From: an uncultured virus (IMG/VR IMGVR_UViG_3300028920_000066) | Taxonomy: Duplodnaviria > Heunggongvirae > Uroviricota > Caudoviricetes | IMG/VR virus record: IMGVR_UViG_3300028920_000066 | Direction: 5' to 3' (one strand) | Length of the DNA: 64,000 nucleotides | Shown: one piece after another, positions 36,737-46,381 of the stretch | Numbering within the stretch: the stretch's first letter is position 1 | How the letters are laid out: every line of letters begins with the position of its first letter | Notes under the pieces: model-generated | Told to the model about the DNA's origin: nothing | The model's input: only the letters and a program-made list of their open reading frames with translations | Databases searched by the model: none | Program-made: the position numbers and the translations under genes

Positions 36737-37309
36737 CTATTTAATTTTAATTCCTATGCTATCCACATCAAACTCAACCACATCAGGTTCACCCTCTAAA
36801 TTTATACACACAGGCGAGTGCAAAAATATTGTCTGTTTATTTCTATCCATACGTTTCATAAGCTCAATACGATAATTAACATCTGTCATTTTACTTGCCA
36901 TATCGTCAAATAAAATTACATCTGCCTGTGAAATTGCTACTAAATCAGCAGGATTCATTTCTCTGCTTCTACTATGAACATATACTGTAATTTTTCCTGA
37001 TTCCATTTTTTTCCTTGCTATATCAAATCCAATCAATTTAACATATAATTCTGCACCTTTTAAAATCAAAAAAGGTTTATCTATTATATCAGGTAATCGT
37101 TTTTCATAAGCAGGTGATTCAAATTTAACTTTATATCTTTCTGGTATATTTAATATTTGTTCTATAACTGTTTGCTCCGTGCAAGAACAAAATTCCGATA
37201 TACTTTTATATCCTGCTCTACACTTTTCACACTTTTCCCAGGGTTTTAGTTCATTTATACGTTCTGCAATATCGTCTGTAATAAACATTTCTAATCTATT
37301 TATATTCAT
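36737..37309 (-). CDS. DnaC/IstB-like helicase loader with degenerate Walker A
   Basis: N-terminal CEKC..CSC, IPERY, LILKG without GKT, ADVILFDD; adjacent to dnaB. Confidence 0.5.
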   Translation of the reverse strand: MNINRLEMFITDDIAERINELKPWEKCEKCRAGYKSISEFCSCTEQTVIEQILNIPERYKVKFESPAYEKRLPDIIDKPFLILKGAELYVKLIGFDIARKKMESGKITVYVHSRSREMNPADLVAISQADVILFDDMASKMTDVNYRIELMKRMDRNKQTIFLHSPVCINLEGEPDVVEFDVDSIGIKIK

Positions 37310-38214
37310 CCTCTTCCCTCTTTTTTGGTCATAACCTCAACCAATTGGTCTTTAATATATTCATATTGAAAATATTTATCAGTATGTTTTGTTTTTAACA
37401 ATAGTTCTGACATATTTAATTTTTCTTCACCACTTAATACTTCATATATTTTTACTTTCGCATAAAACCCATTACTATATGTATGTTTATTTTTTAATTC
37501 TTCAAATGTTATTTTATCATATATTTTATATAATTTCATACATATTTGCTTTTCATCATTTGAAAAAGTATCCCAATTGCCTAAATTCATATAATACTTT
37601 ATCTTACGCTTTTCAATAGGACTTATAGTCACGTCCAAGTGCCTCCATAAATCAGACACAGATTTTTTACCATTCAAGATTAGTAAATAACTATTGATTG
37701 TATTTTCATCACATATCCACCCAAGATAAATAGCGTCACCTTTATAGTTTCCAAACATAACACAACGCTTCACATATTTTTTAACTACCTTTTGGTCATA
37801 TCCGTTTTTATAAAAAGTATCCATTACTTTTTCAAGTTTTTTAGCATAAGACTGTCTTGTGCTTTTAGACGTATTTAAAAGGATTCCATAATTATCTTCA
37901 TAAAGTTTTTCAAAATATTCAAGCAACATATTTGGTGTCATCACAGGTTCTTTAATAATTTTTTTCTTACGCATTTTAATTGGCTTTAATACAAGTCTTG
38001 AATATAATTTTACTTCATATTCTTTTTCTTGCTGAGGTTCATCGTCAACACCAATTCCTTTATATTCTATAACCTTACCATTGATTATAATTGTTTTATT
38101 ATAAAAATATCTATACTTACTTAAAGCAAAAATTAAGTCCTGCATAGAAATTTTAGTAAGACAGTTAATTACATTATCTTTTTCTTCTAAAAGTATTATT
38201 TCATTTATCATCAT
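37306..38214 (-). CDS. hypothetical protein, possibly replication initiator
   Basis: 302 aa; position upstream of the loader/helicase genes. Confidence 0.55.
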   Translation of the reverse strand: MMINEIILLEEKDNVINCLTKISMQDLIFALSKYRYFYNKTIIINGKVIEYKGIGVDDEPQQEKEYEVKLYSRLVLKPIKMRKKKIIKEPVMTPNMLLEYFEKLYEDNYGILLNTSKSTRQSYAKKLEKVMDTFYKNGYDQKVVKKYVKRCVMFGNYKGDAIYLGWICDENTINSYLLILNGKKSVSDLWRHLDVTISPIEKRKIKYYMNLGNWDTFSNDEKQICMKLYKIYDKITFEELKNKHTYSNGFYAKVKIYEVLSGEEKLNMSELLLKTKHTDKYFQYEYIKDQLVEVMTKKEGRG

Positions 38215-39701
38215 ATCTCCTCTATTTCTTCTATAGAATCAATTCTATGCACATCAAATTCTGGTTCGCTTTCAAATAAACGTAATCTGCTCTTTGCAAA
38301 TTTTTTAAAATAATCTTTAAGTTCTTCGTCTTCATATTCATTATAATCAAAGAAGTCTACTACAATCGGTATTTTCCCTTTTACCATTCTAAGCACACGA
38401 CCCACTTGTTGATAAGCGTCAATAGAAGACTTAACACTTCTTGGATTTACAAGAACATCAAGATTAGGTATATCTACCCCCTCTCCAAATAAAGTTGATA
38501 AGACTATATTATATTCTCCGTCATTCATTTTTTGAATTGCTTTTTGTTTTTGTTGGGCTGTGTTAGACCCTGTTATTTTTTTTATTGTCAAATCTGCGTC
38601 ATTCATTTCTTGAAGTATTTCATAAACTTGTTTAAGGTGGTCTAACCTTACAAAAGATACAAGAACTATTTTTCCTTTACGTGCAAATTTATAAGACACT
38701 TCAGCTATATTGCGATTACGCTGTTCGTTGTTCATAAGAATATCATAACTTTCTTTAAAACTAAATTTTTTATCAATTCGATAAGGTTGTTTAATAACAT
38801 AAATCTTTGGCTTAGCAAGGTAGCCTTGTTTTATAAGTGTAGAAACTTTCAAATCATATATCTGTTGTCCTATTAAAGCTTCTAACATCATATCGTATCC
38901 GTCCTCACGAAAAGGTGTAGCACTAAACCCGTATCTGAATAGTGTCTTGTTCGAACTCCTCAAGAGTAATCCTAACTCATTCATAGATAAGTGGTGAACC
39001 TCGTCAACAATAACCATTTGCATATCCTTTAACAAGGAATCCCATTTTAATTTTTGTGATTTAATTTTACCACCATACTTGCCTATTGTCAACTTATTTT
39101 CTTTAACAATCAAACTTTGAAAGGTAGCAACCGTTATTCTATTTTTTGGGTCATAATGTTTTTCGTCACCAATGTAATTTATTTGGTCGCCACTAAGCCC
39201 AAGCCTTTGTTCTATTTTATCACGTATTTGTCTAAAAAGTGTAGACCTATTAACAATGATTAAAGTTTTAACAGGAATATCTGCTGTAAGCTTTATAAAC
39301 ATCTCAGTCTTACCTGCCCCAGTCGGAGCTTTTACTATTCCACGTTTCTTTTTTTTACAATCTTTTACAATATCTTGTTGATAATCTCTTAAAGTAATAC
39401 CTTTTAAGTCTACATCTTGTATTTCAATTTTATCATTACGATATTCACGAACAAGTTCATAAGGTATTTTATCTGTAGCTAATATTTTTAACATCCTCGC
39501 AACCATACCCGTATAAACCAAACACCCATTATTCTTAACTTTAAATAGTTCTATCCACCCGTCCCATTCTCCGTCCTGATACTTCTTAGAAAAGAAATAA
39601 GAACTTGGTCTGAATCTTAACCTCTCTCTAAACTGTTGCACGTCATAATCACTTAGACCAAAAACTCTTGTCCATACATTTCCAATATACAGTTTTACCA
39701 A
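38211..39701 (-). CDS. SF2 DExH helicase (UvsW-like)
   Basis: LRDYQ, APTGAGKT, VDEVHH, SAT, EGVDIP, QQVGRVLR. Confidence 0.9.
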   Translation of the reverse strand: MVKLYIGNVWTRVFGLSDYDVQQFRERLRFRPSSYFFSKKYQDGEWDGWIELFKVKNNGCLVYTGMVARMLKILATDKIPYELVREYRNDKIEIQDVDLKGITLRDYQQDIVKDCKKKKRGIVKAPTGAGKTEMFIKLTADIPVKTLIIVNRSTLFRQIRDKIEQRLGLSGDQINYIGDEKHYDPKNRITVATFQSLIVKENKLTIGKYGGKIKSQKLKWDSLLKDMQMVIVDEVHHLSMNELGLLLRSSNKTLFRYGFSATPFREDGYDMMLEALIGQQIYDLKVSTLIKQGYLAKPKIYVIKQPYRIDKKFSFKESYDILMNNEQRNRNIAEVSYKFARKGKIVLVSFVRLDHLKQVYEILQEMNDADLTIKKITGSNTAQQKQKAIQKMNDGEYNIVLSTLFGEGVDIPNLDVLVNPRSVKSSIDAYQQVGRVLRMVKGKIPIVVDFFDYNEYEDEELKDYFKKFAKSRLRLFESEPEFDVHRIDSIEEIEEI

Positions 39702-39729
39702 TCTTCAACCTCTGCTCACATTTTTATTA

Positions 39730-39865
39730 TTTAAACTATTTAACTATTACTTATTAACTATCTATATTTAACTATCTATATTTAACTATACTATAGATAG
39801 TTGTATATATTATTTCTATATAGTCAAAGGGTAGTAGTCCTTTTTTTAACTTGTGTAACTATTTT
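39730..39865. repeat. AT-rich non-coding region with tandem TTAACTAT(CTATAT) repeats, candidate replication origin
   Basis: about five AACTAT cores in 39730-39800; lies at the head of the replication module. Confidence 0.5.
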
Positions 39866-39979
39866 GTTAATTTTATTCTCCTAATGATTGATATGTCTTT
39901 CTTTTACTTAATTTCTTGCCCCGCCTTAAAATAAGCTGTTTTAAGCCAATTTGAGGTTTAATGGCACGAATACCCCTAT

Positions 39980-40195
39980 TTAATTAAAATAATGCCCAGA
40001 AACGGCTTTTAAACGACAAATAGAGGGGTATTTAGCCGTCTTCTTGAGATTTTTTGCGTAAATCTTGCTTAAGCATCTGCCTGACACGTTTTCTTCCCTT
40101 GCTCTTAAAATATCGTTTAGCTTTAGTCTGAGCGTCATCAGGGTGAGATGGTCGCTTGGCTGAGTAAAGCTTTCGGTTATATTCCATTGTTTCAT
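39980..40195 (-). CDS. small hypothetical protein
   Basis: GGAGG RBS and its own promoter. Confidence 0.55.
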   Translation of the reverse strand: MKQWNITESFTQPSDHLTLMTLRLKLNDILRAREENVSGRCLSKIYAKNLKKTAKYPSICRLKAVSGHYFN

Positions 40196-40224
40196 TATGC
40201 CTCCAAATAATTTAAGTATGATTT

Positions 40225-40253
40225 ATGTTATCACGAAGTTAAAAAAAAGTCAA
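40225..40253 (-). promoter_or_regulatory. sigma70-type promoter overlapped by a TGAC-T8-AACT motif
   Basis: TTGACT (40253-40248), 17 bp, TG-A-TAACAT. Confidence 0.65.
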
Positions 40254-40255
40254 TA

Positions 40256-40303
40256 GAAAAAATAAAGGAAGTGAGTTTTAACTATTTACAAAACTCACTT
40301 CCT
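40256..40303 (-). terminator. intrinsic terminator closing the structural gene transcript
   Basis: perfect 14-bp inverted repeat AGGAAGTGAGTTTT/AAAACTCACTTCCT followed by TTATTTTTTCT. Confidence 0.75.
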
Positions 40304-40322
40304 ATATAGGTTATTATCTTGT

Positions 40323-40520
40323 TTAGCTTATATCGTTGATTAGTTTATTAACTTGATATCCTAAGTCAAAATTTTCAGCCATAAAATTTGCATACTCTTT
40401 ATCTTCTTTTGAAAATTTACGATTTTTTATTTCATATACACGAGTCTGACACTCTCGACAAAGTTTACCTTTAGCGTTTCTAATTATTTTTCCACATTGA
40501 CAAATTTTTATATATCCCAT
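40323..40520 (-). CDS. small zinc-binding protein
   Basis: CQCG...CREC; start MGYIK. Confidence 0.6.
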   Translation of the reverse strand: MGYIKICQCGKIIRNAKGKLCRECQTRVYEIKNRKFSKEDKEYANFMAENFDLGYQVNKLINDIS

Positions 40521-40521
40521 T

Positions 40522-41565
40522 TTACGCCTCAAAAAACTCCATAATTTTTTCTTTTGTGATATATTTAACAGCGAGGTCATATCCTTTTTGCATCTGTTCT
40601 ATGTTTCCAAATTCTAAAGCACTACCTGTTGATTCATCAGGATATAACTTTAAAAATTCAACTGTTGGATATTCATCAGAAACTTCTGCAAGACGTTGAT
40701 AAATTTCTATTGCCGTCCACATTTTTTGTTCAAAGAAATCCATAGCAACTTGTGGCATCCTTGCCCCTACACCAAAAACATTGTCTGCTACTTTTTCATC
40801 TGCTTTTGTTTTAGGGTGTGTAGCAACAACAATTATTTTTGTTGCCCCACGTCTTATAGCTGTTCCAACAGGGTCATTATTTCCAAAACCACCGTCAACG
40901 TGTAAGTGTCCTCTTCCTGCTCCAATTCTTGGTGGAAATGCTAAAGGAATAGCAGAAGTTCTTTTAGCTAATTCTTCGCACCCTAAATCACAATTATCTT
41001 TTGTGTAAACGTCTTCTTCTATTTGTGAAATATCTGTAGCAGTAGTAACAACGTCAAGGTCTTTAAAATCTTTAAGAGTAAGACCTTTAAATTCTCGGTC
41101 GCATATAGAATACAAACCTGTAGGTCTTAAAATACTTTTAGACCCGTTATCCTTAAAGGTTTGTCCGATGATTCCCATAAAACCACCGATACCACCTTTA
41201 ATTTCCCCCTCATAAACGTCTTTATTACAAGTAATTCCACTCCACATCAAAAGAGCTTTTTCAAATTCGTTAATATATTTTGCTATTGTTAAACCATTAA
41301 GCCCTCCTACTGAAGTTCCTGTAATACCTGTAAGACATTTTAAAAGACCTATTTGCTGTAGCCAAGCAACAGCTCCAATTTGCCACCTACCACAAGCACC
41401 ACCACCTGGTAAAACTAAATAAATCTTTTCTTTCTTTTTAATTTCTTCAGCTTCTGTTAATACATCAAATTGATTTTCAATTTTTTTAAGCTGAATTGCT
41501 ACAGGTTTTTCTTCTTCTTTCTTTTTAAAAATGTTACCAATCCAATCTGTTAAAAAGAATCCCAT
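40522..41565 (-). CDS. patatin-like phospholipase
   Basis: GGGACG oxyanion loop, GTSVG nucleophile, SAIP..FPP, VDGG. Confidence 0.9.
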   Translation of the reverse strand: MGFFLTDWIGNIFKKKEEEKPVAIQLKKIENQFDVLTEAEEIKKKEKIYLVLPGGGACGRWQIGAVAWLQQIGLLKCLTGITGTSVGGLNGLTIAKYINEFEKALLMWSGITCNKDVYEGEIKGGIGGFMGIIGQTFKDNGSKSILRPTGLYSICDREFKGLTLKDFKDLDVVTTATDISQIEEDVYTKDNCDLGCEELAKRTSAIPLAFPPRIGAGRGHLHVDGGFGNNDPVGTAIRRGATKIIVVATHPKTKADEKVADNVFGVGARMPQVAMDFFEQKMWTAIEIYQRLAEVSDEYPTVEFLKLYPDESTGSALEFGNIEQMQKGYDLAVKYITKEKIMEFFEA

Positions 41566-41589
41566 CTCTAATCTCCTCCTCTAAATAAT

Positions 41590-41736
41590 TTATTTTATTC
41601 GCTTCTTCCTTAAACTTTCGTTAGCTTTCCTCGTCTTCTTTTTCAGCGTCTTAAAACTTTTTTTTATCGCAATAGTTTTCATTACAGTTTCTTTCAACTT
41701 ATGCGATATTTCGTCTAATTTACTTATGGTGTCCAT
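41590..41736 (-). CDS. small basic protein (48 aa, not in ORF track)
   Basis: MDTISKLDEISHKL...RKKRIK with AAGGTG RBS. Confidence 0.45.
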   Translation of the reverse strand: MDTISKLDEISHKLKETVMKTIAIKKSFKTLKKKTRKANESLRKKRIK

Positions 41737-41748
41737 TATCTATTCACC

Positions 41749-42219
41749 TTATTTTGTTAAAAATTTTCCTAAAAGTTCCAAATGTTTTTCAAGCAACCCA
41801 GACCCACCGTATATAAATATCAAAATCAACAAGATTGCTACTACAATTACAGCAACATATTTGGAATTTTTAAAGATTGAAACTATGTCTTTAAAGCTCC
41901 AACCTTTGTTCTTAAATTTATTTTGAAGAATTTCCATACGTTCTTTAAAATCTAATTGACTAATTAAAGTATTTAATTTACTTTGTGTATCATTTACAAC
42001 TGGATTTATTTTTTCATATAAATCATTAAGAAACTTCATACGCTCATTTAATAACTGTAGGTCAGCACCGTGTTTTTGTTCCATATCGGCAAGGTCATCT
42101 AAAGTATCTTTAAATGTATTAAGAGTTGAGGTAATATTTACCAAAGATTTGTGTATATCTAAAATAATTTGTAATTCCTTATCTGTAATTAAATTATTAT
42201 TTTTATCACCGTTTCCCAT
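41749..42219 (-). CDS. coiled-coil membrane protein (holin/haemolysin-like architecture)
   Basis: coiled coil then C-terminal TM segment YVAVIVVAILLILIFIYG. Confidence 0.5.
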   Translation of the reverse strand: MGNGDKNNNLITDKELQIILDIHKSLVNITSTLNTFKDTLDDLADMEQKHGADLQLLNERMKFLNDLYEKINPVVNDTQSKLNTLISQLDFKERMEILQNKFKNKGWSFKDIVSIFKNSKYVAVIVVAILLILIFIYGGSGLLEKHLELLGKFLTK

Positions 42220-42229
42220 TTATTCCTCC

Positions 42230-42670
42230 TTACGGCAACGCTTCAAATACAACATACATTTCATATCCTGTTTCAGGACTCCATTTAAGTTGAATTGTGT
42301 CGTCAGTCAAAGTAGTTGTTATAACTTCATAATCATATGAAGCACCCTCTCTTAATACTTGCCCATTATAAATAACTAAAAGCAGTTTTGTTGTATCTAT
42401 TTGTCTTGAACCACTTATAACATAGTCTGTAGCCGAACTGGAAGTAAAACTATCAAAAGTAAATCCTGTAGCAGAAATTAAAGATTCTATTTTTGTCCAA
42501 ATAGTTGGAGTGGCAGAAGTGTGGTCATAAGGTAATGTTTCAGCGTTAATACCTGAGCCATCGCCTGTATCTAATGTCTTTAAATCTTCTGCTTGAATAG
42601 TTCCATTTATAATTTTATCACTATCAATGATATTATCATTTAAATCTGGTTCTCTTATTCTTCTTCCCAT
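42230..42670 (-). CDS. putative tail/virion structural protein
   Basis: LLLVIYNGQVLREGASYDY beta-rich module, related to 45416-45733. Confidence 0.6.
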   Translation of the reverse strand: MGRRIREPDLNDNIIDSDKIINGTIQAEDLKTLDTGDGSGINAETLPYDHTSATPTIWTKIESLISATGFTFDSFTSSSATDYVISGSRQIDTTKLLLVIYNGQVLREGASYDYEVITTTLTDDTIQLKWSPETGYEMYVVFEALP

Positions 42671-42682
42671 TTTATTACCTCC

Positions 42683-43030
42683 TTATAATGCTGGTGCAAA
42701 AACTTTAAAAGCGTCATATAAATTTTGCAACGCTGTCTGGTTAGCAGTAGGCGTTATTGTAGGAGCTGGAATAAGTGGCTGGTTTTCTTCTGCAAAAGAT
42801 TCGCCATATATTTCTTCTCCATTATCGCCATTAAACTTAATATTTAAATTATATGTTTGTTTTATAATATTATTTGGTGTTTCTTTATCATAAATAGTTG
42901 TTATTAAAAATTGCATATCAACTACATTATAAAAATTTATCAAATAACTTAATACATATGTTGTATAATTTAATGAATCATCTGTATTTTCACTTGCAAC
43001 TGTTAAAACTAATTCGTGTGGTGATGCCAT
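42683..43030 (-). CDS. hypothetical protein in tail module
   Basis: 115 aa ORF. Confidence 0.6.
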   Translation of the reverse strand: MASPHELVLTVASENTDDSLNYTTYVLSYLINFYNVVDMQFLITTIYDKETPNNIIKQTYNLNIKFNGDNGEEIYGESFAEENQPLIPAPTITPTANQTALQNLYDAFKVFAPAL

Positions 43031-43044
43031 TTAAGTTATACTCC

Positions 43045-45402
43045 TTATGGTGATATCCTACGCATAATCATTATTCCTGTTACATACATTCTTTCACTTG
43101 TATTTTTAGGAAAAGGCACGGTGCTTCTAAAACTTACTACTCCAGAACCAATTAAATGTGGTGTTATAGCTACAGGATATGTTCCAAACCCGTAATTATT
43201 TTCTACTGTTCCCAATGATGTGTGAGTTGCTATTGAAACAATTTCATATTTAGACCCGTCCCAAGTTACACTTCCCTCACCTTTACCAGTAGTTCCTGGT
43301 AAATAACGCAAGTCCGCTTTAAAAGCCCATAACTCCCAGTTGTCTGTTCTTCCACTATTGTCGCCACCAACTCCAGCACCATCTCCGTGAATATTTAATC
43401 CACCACTAATAGGTATTTTATGAATTATTGTTTGTTCTAAACTTTGATTTCCAATTTCTGTTCTAAAATCATCATTTGCCTGTTCGTTAAATATGTCTTT
43501 AGAAGTTAATGTCGCTGGAACTTTTTGACTATAATTTATAGAATCTGTTCCATAATATGCTGATTTAGGAAAAATAGATACAAGCGTAGACGCTCCCCAA
43601 GAGCCTCTAAAATATAATCTTAAATTTCCTGTATTAAAATCCATATTAAGTTGTGTCGTTCCATTATTTTGTAATGGGGGGAAATAACTTTGACCACTAC
43701 CAGTTTCAATAACTTCAAGATAACCGTCTGTAGCAGGGTCATAATTTGTAACATATATTGCACAATTAAAAACCATTTTATCAGAAGATGGAGGGTTTGC
43801 AGTAAGATTAAAATTAAGAGTAACATATTCATTAGTTTGTATATTACTACATTGAAACCCATAATTTATTCCATAAACATTTGTTCCACCTACTCCATTT
43901 AATCCTACAAAATGATTATAAATATTATCAACAGTATCTGTTTCAATCCATTGACTTGGTCCTGTAAAATATGCCATAGGAATTAAATTCTTATTATTTG
44001 CAACTCTACTTGTTTCACTTGGTCTTATTTTTTCATAAGACGTATTTGTTGTGCCCAAACCTATAATAGGTTGTATCTGGTCAGGGTTTGAACCAGCATA
44101 TCCCTCGTGAACTCTAAGCTCACAATTACCACCACTATTTAACCACCATACATATCCTAAAGTAACACCTTTATCTAAAACGTTATCAAATCTAATATCA
44201 CTTGCTAAAGTTGAAACAAACACAGATTTTAATGTTACATAATCTGTATCGTCTAATCCATCGTGGTCAAAATAAATTCTATACCACCCCTCATCAGGAT
44301 TAGCTCCACCTCCATTACCATCGCCACTAAAATTTAATCTTACAGCACTTATACCCGAATCAAAAGGTTCTGCATTACTTAAACTAAATACACGTCCGTC
44401 AGAATGAACTTCATAATTTGCATTTCTATCTAAACGAATATAATGTTCATCAGCAGGTAAATCACCTGAATTAAATTTATTTGTAATTTGTCTTGCAGTT
44501 TCTAAAACTTGTTGCTGAGAATTAGTTCCTACACCCGTTTTATATACTATACCATTAGAAATAATACGGCTATTCTCTGTAAAACTATCTCTCTCCATTC
44601 CACCAGTATGTAAAGAATTTACCCCGTGTGGGTTTTCTGGTCTTATAAGTTTATCGCCTAAAGCGTTAATATGGTCTTTTAAAGTAGTTTCTGTTCCGTC
44701 CGTATATTCAGACGGTGAAGCCGAACTATCTACTTCTATATTTACGCTTTCTTGTTTTATACCAGCATAATTTCTTTCAGGGGCAGTTGCTGGATTATTC
44801 ACATCGTCATAAAAAGTAAGAACTGTTCCAACTTTATTTATTCTTCCTAAATATAGAACATCAGCAGGGGGTTGGGCAGAGTTATTAAATCTAATAATAA
44901 TTCTATATCCCTCGTGGGTTTTTGGATAAAACACCACTCCGTCCTTATTAACAGCAGTAAAAACAGAATCTTTAAGATTTTCATATCCTATCCATATATA
45001 ATAATCTCCATCACCAGAAGATAATGGTATTTGAATATTTCCTTGATTTTGAAATTCAGTAGGAGTAGTTTTATATGTTTCATTTGAAGCAATATAATAT
45101 AATCTTCCTCCAGCGTCTACAAAATACATAGCAGTCACACCAACTGAAGAAACAGGTATATCAAAATATAATCCTTGATTTGGTGTAGCTATATAATTTG
45201 TCTGGTCAAAAGCTACTAATTGGGGTTGTTTTAAAAACCCATATTCAAAATCGCCTAATGTGTTTTTAGGTATTTGTCTTATAATACCTTTTTCTAAATA
45301 TGCACCGACATAATTTCTAACATTATTAAACATCCACTCTTGCATATTATTCATATCTTGAACTGACACTCTACGTTTATTAAAAAACTCGTATGACCTC
45401 AT
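43045..45402 (-). CDS. putative tail fibre / baseplate-attached protein
   Basis: 785 aa beta-rich; N-terminal FFNKRRVSVQDMNNMQ, internal HINA..NPHGV. Confidence 0.6.
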   Translation of the reverse strand: MRSYEFFNKRRVSVQDMNNMQEWMFNNVRNYVGAYLEKGIIRQIPKNTLGDFEYGFLKQPQLVAFDQTNYIATPNQGLYFDIPVSSVGVTAMYFVDAGGRLYYIASNETYKTTPTEFQNQGNIQIPLSSGDGDYYIWIGYENLKDSVFTAVNKDGVVFYPKTHEGYRIIIRFNNSAQPPADVLYLGRINKVGTVLTFYDDVNNPATAPERNYAGIKQESVNIEVDSSASPSEYTDGTETTLKDHINALGDKLIRPENPHGVNSLHTGGMERDSFTENSRIISNGIVYKTGVGTNSQQQVLETARQITNKFNSGDLPADEHYIRLDRNANYEVHSDGRVFSLSNAEPFDSGISAVRLNFSGDGNGGGANPDEGWYRIYFDHDGLDDTDYVTLKSVFVSTLASDIRFDNVLDKGVTLGYVWWLNSGGNCELRVHEGYAGSNPDQIQPIIGLGTTNTSYEKIRPSETSRVANNKNLIPMAYFTGPSQWIETDTVDNIYNHFVGLNGVGGTNVYGINYGFQCSNIQTNEYVTLNFNLTANPPSSDKMVFNCAIYVTNYDPATDGYLEVIETGSGQSYFPPLQNNGTTQLNMDFNTGNLRLYFRGSWGASTLVSIFPKSAYYGTDSINYSQKVPATLTSKDIFNEQANDDFRTEIGNQSLEQTIIHKIPISGGLNIHGDGAGVGGDNSGRTDNWELWAFKADLRYLPGTTGKGEGSVTWDGSKYEIVSIATHTSLGTVENNYGFGTYPVAITPHLIGSGVVSFRSTVPFPKNTSERMYVTGIMIMRRISP

Positions 45403-45415
45403 TTTAATTTCCTCC

Positions 45416-45733
45416 TTATGTCATATCTCTTCTGTAATCACAAACAACATCTTGTCCTGTCTGTGGTTCGTTACCAGCAGTAAAACTAAAAGAATTAGCT
45501 CCTGTTTCTATATAATGCTTAGAAACACCTTTCAATTGTCTTATACCATCAACTAAAACTATTAAACTTCCTGAAACATAATTGTTGGCTGTAGTAAAAC
45601 TGGCATTACTTCCATTTATTAACCCTACTGGAATTTCATCACGGATATCCCATTGTGTTATTATCTCAAAATTTCTATTTATTTCGTCTTTTAATATAAC
45701 GGTATTAGCTACAAAATTAAATTTTAAACCCAT
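45416..45733 (-). CDS. putative virion structural protein
   Basis: PVGLINGSNASFT..LIVLVDGIRQ..HYIE module. Confidence 0.6.
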   Translation of the reverse strand: MGLKFNFVANTVILKDEINRNFEIITQWDIRDEIPVGLINGSNASFTTANNYVSGSLIVLVDGIRQLKGVSKHYIETGANSFSFTAGNEPQTGQDVVCDYRRDMT

Positions 45734-45993
45734 TATTTGTTCTCCTTTCCATTTGTTAAGAAATTAAACATATCTACACCAGATTGTAAGGCACTAAATC
45801 CTGCTGTTATATATCTTTCTTTTGTTTCATCGTCTAAGTCTTCATAACTTACAACTGAATATTGAAACATATGTTTTTTAATTTCTTCTGGGAACTGGTC
45901 GTTCTTAATAATATCATCACTAATTATTCCCAGCATAGTATAAAACATTTTACCAATTTTATCTGCTACTTCATCATCTCGTCTTATGTCCAT
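45733..45993 (-). CDS. hypothetical protein
   Basis: 86 aa ORF. Confidence 0.6.
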   Translation of the reverse strand: MDIRRDDEVADKIGKMFYTMLGIISDDIIKNDQFPEEIKKHMFQYSVVSYEDLDDETKERYITAGFSALQSGVDMFNFLTNGKENK

Positions 45994-45994
45994 A

Positions 45995-46381
45995 TTAACC
46001 CCACAAACATACGTCCCAAAGCCCTACGTCCCACCTGCAAGGTTCTGGAATAGTTGTTATATCGCCCTCGCTTATAATTCCATATGAAATTGCACACTCG
46101 CCTATTTCAATACCGTCATAAGCACATACTCTATATAATACGTTTTCAGGAGCATAATCTATATAAAACACATCTGGGTCTACAAAATTGTCTGGGGTTT
46201 CTACAAAGTATATTGGATTTCCCCATTCAATTCCATTAGGGTTTGCTGTTTTATATACATAATAACCAACTATATTTGTATAGTTTTGGTCTATATCTTT
46301 TACAACTTTATCCCATACTAATATAGCCGCACTCCCACTTCTATTTATATAAAAATTTTCAGGTTTTTTAGGCTTAGCCAT
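45995..46381 (-). CDS. fibronectin type III-like structural protein
   Basis: PKKPEN..LVWD..IVGYYVYK..YRVCAYD. Confidence 0.55.
   Translation of the reverse strand: MAKPKKPENFYINRSGSAAILVWDKVVKDIDQNYTNIVGYYVYKTANPNGIEWGNPIYFVETPDNFVDPDVFYIDYAPENVLYRVCAYDGIEIGECAISYGIISEGDITTIPEPCRWDVGLWDVCLWG

Noticed and set aside
43620..43862. Nested minus-strand ORF within the tail fibre gene
   Set aside because: Alternative frame with no RBS or motif; likely chance
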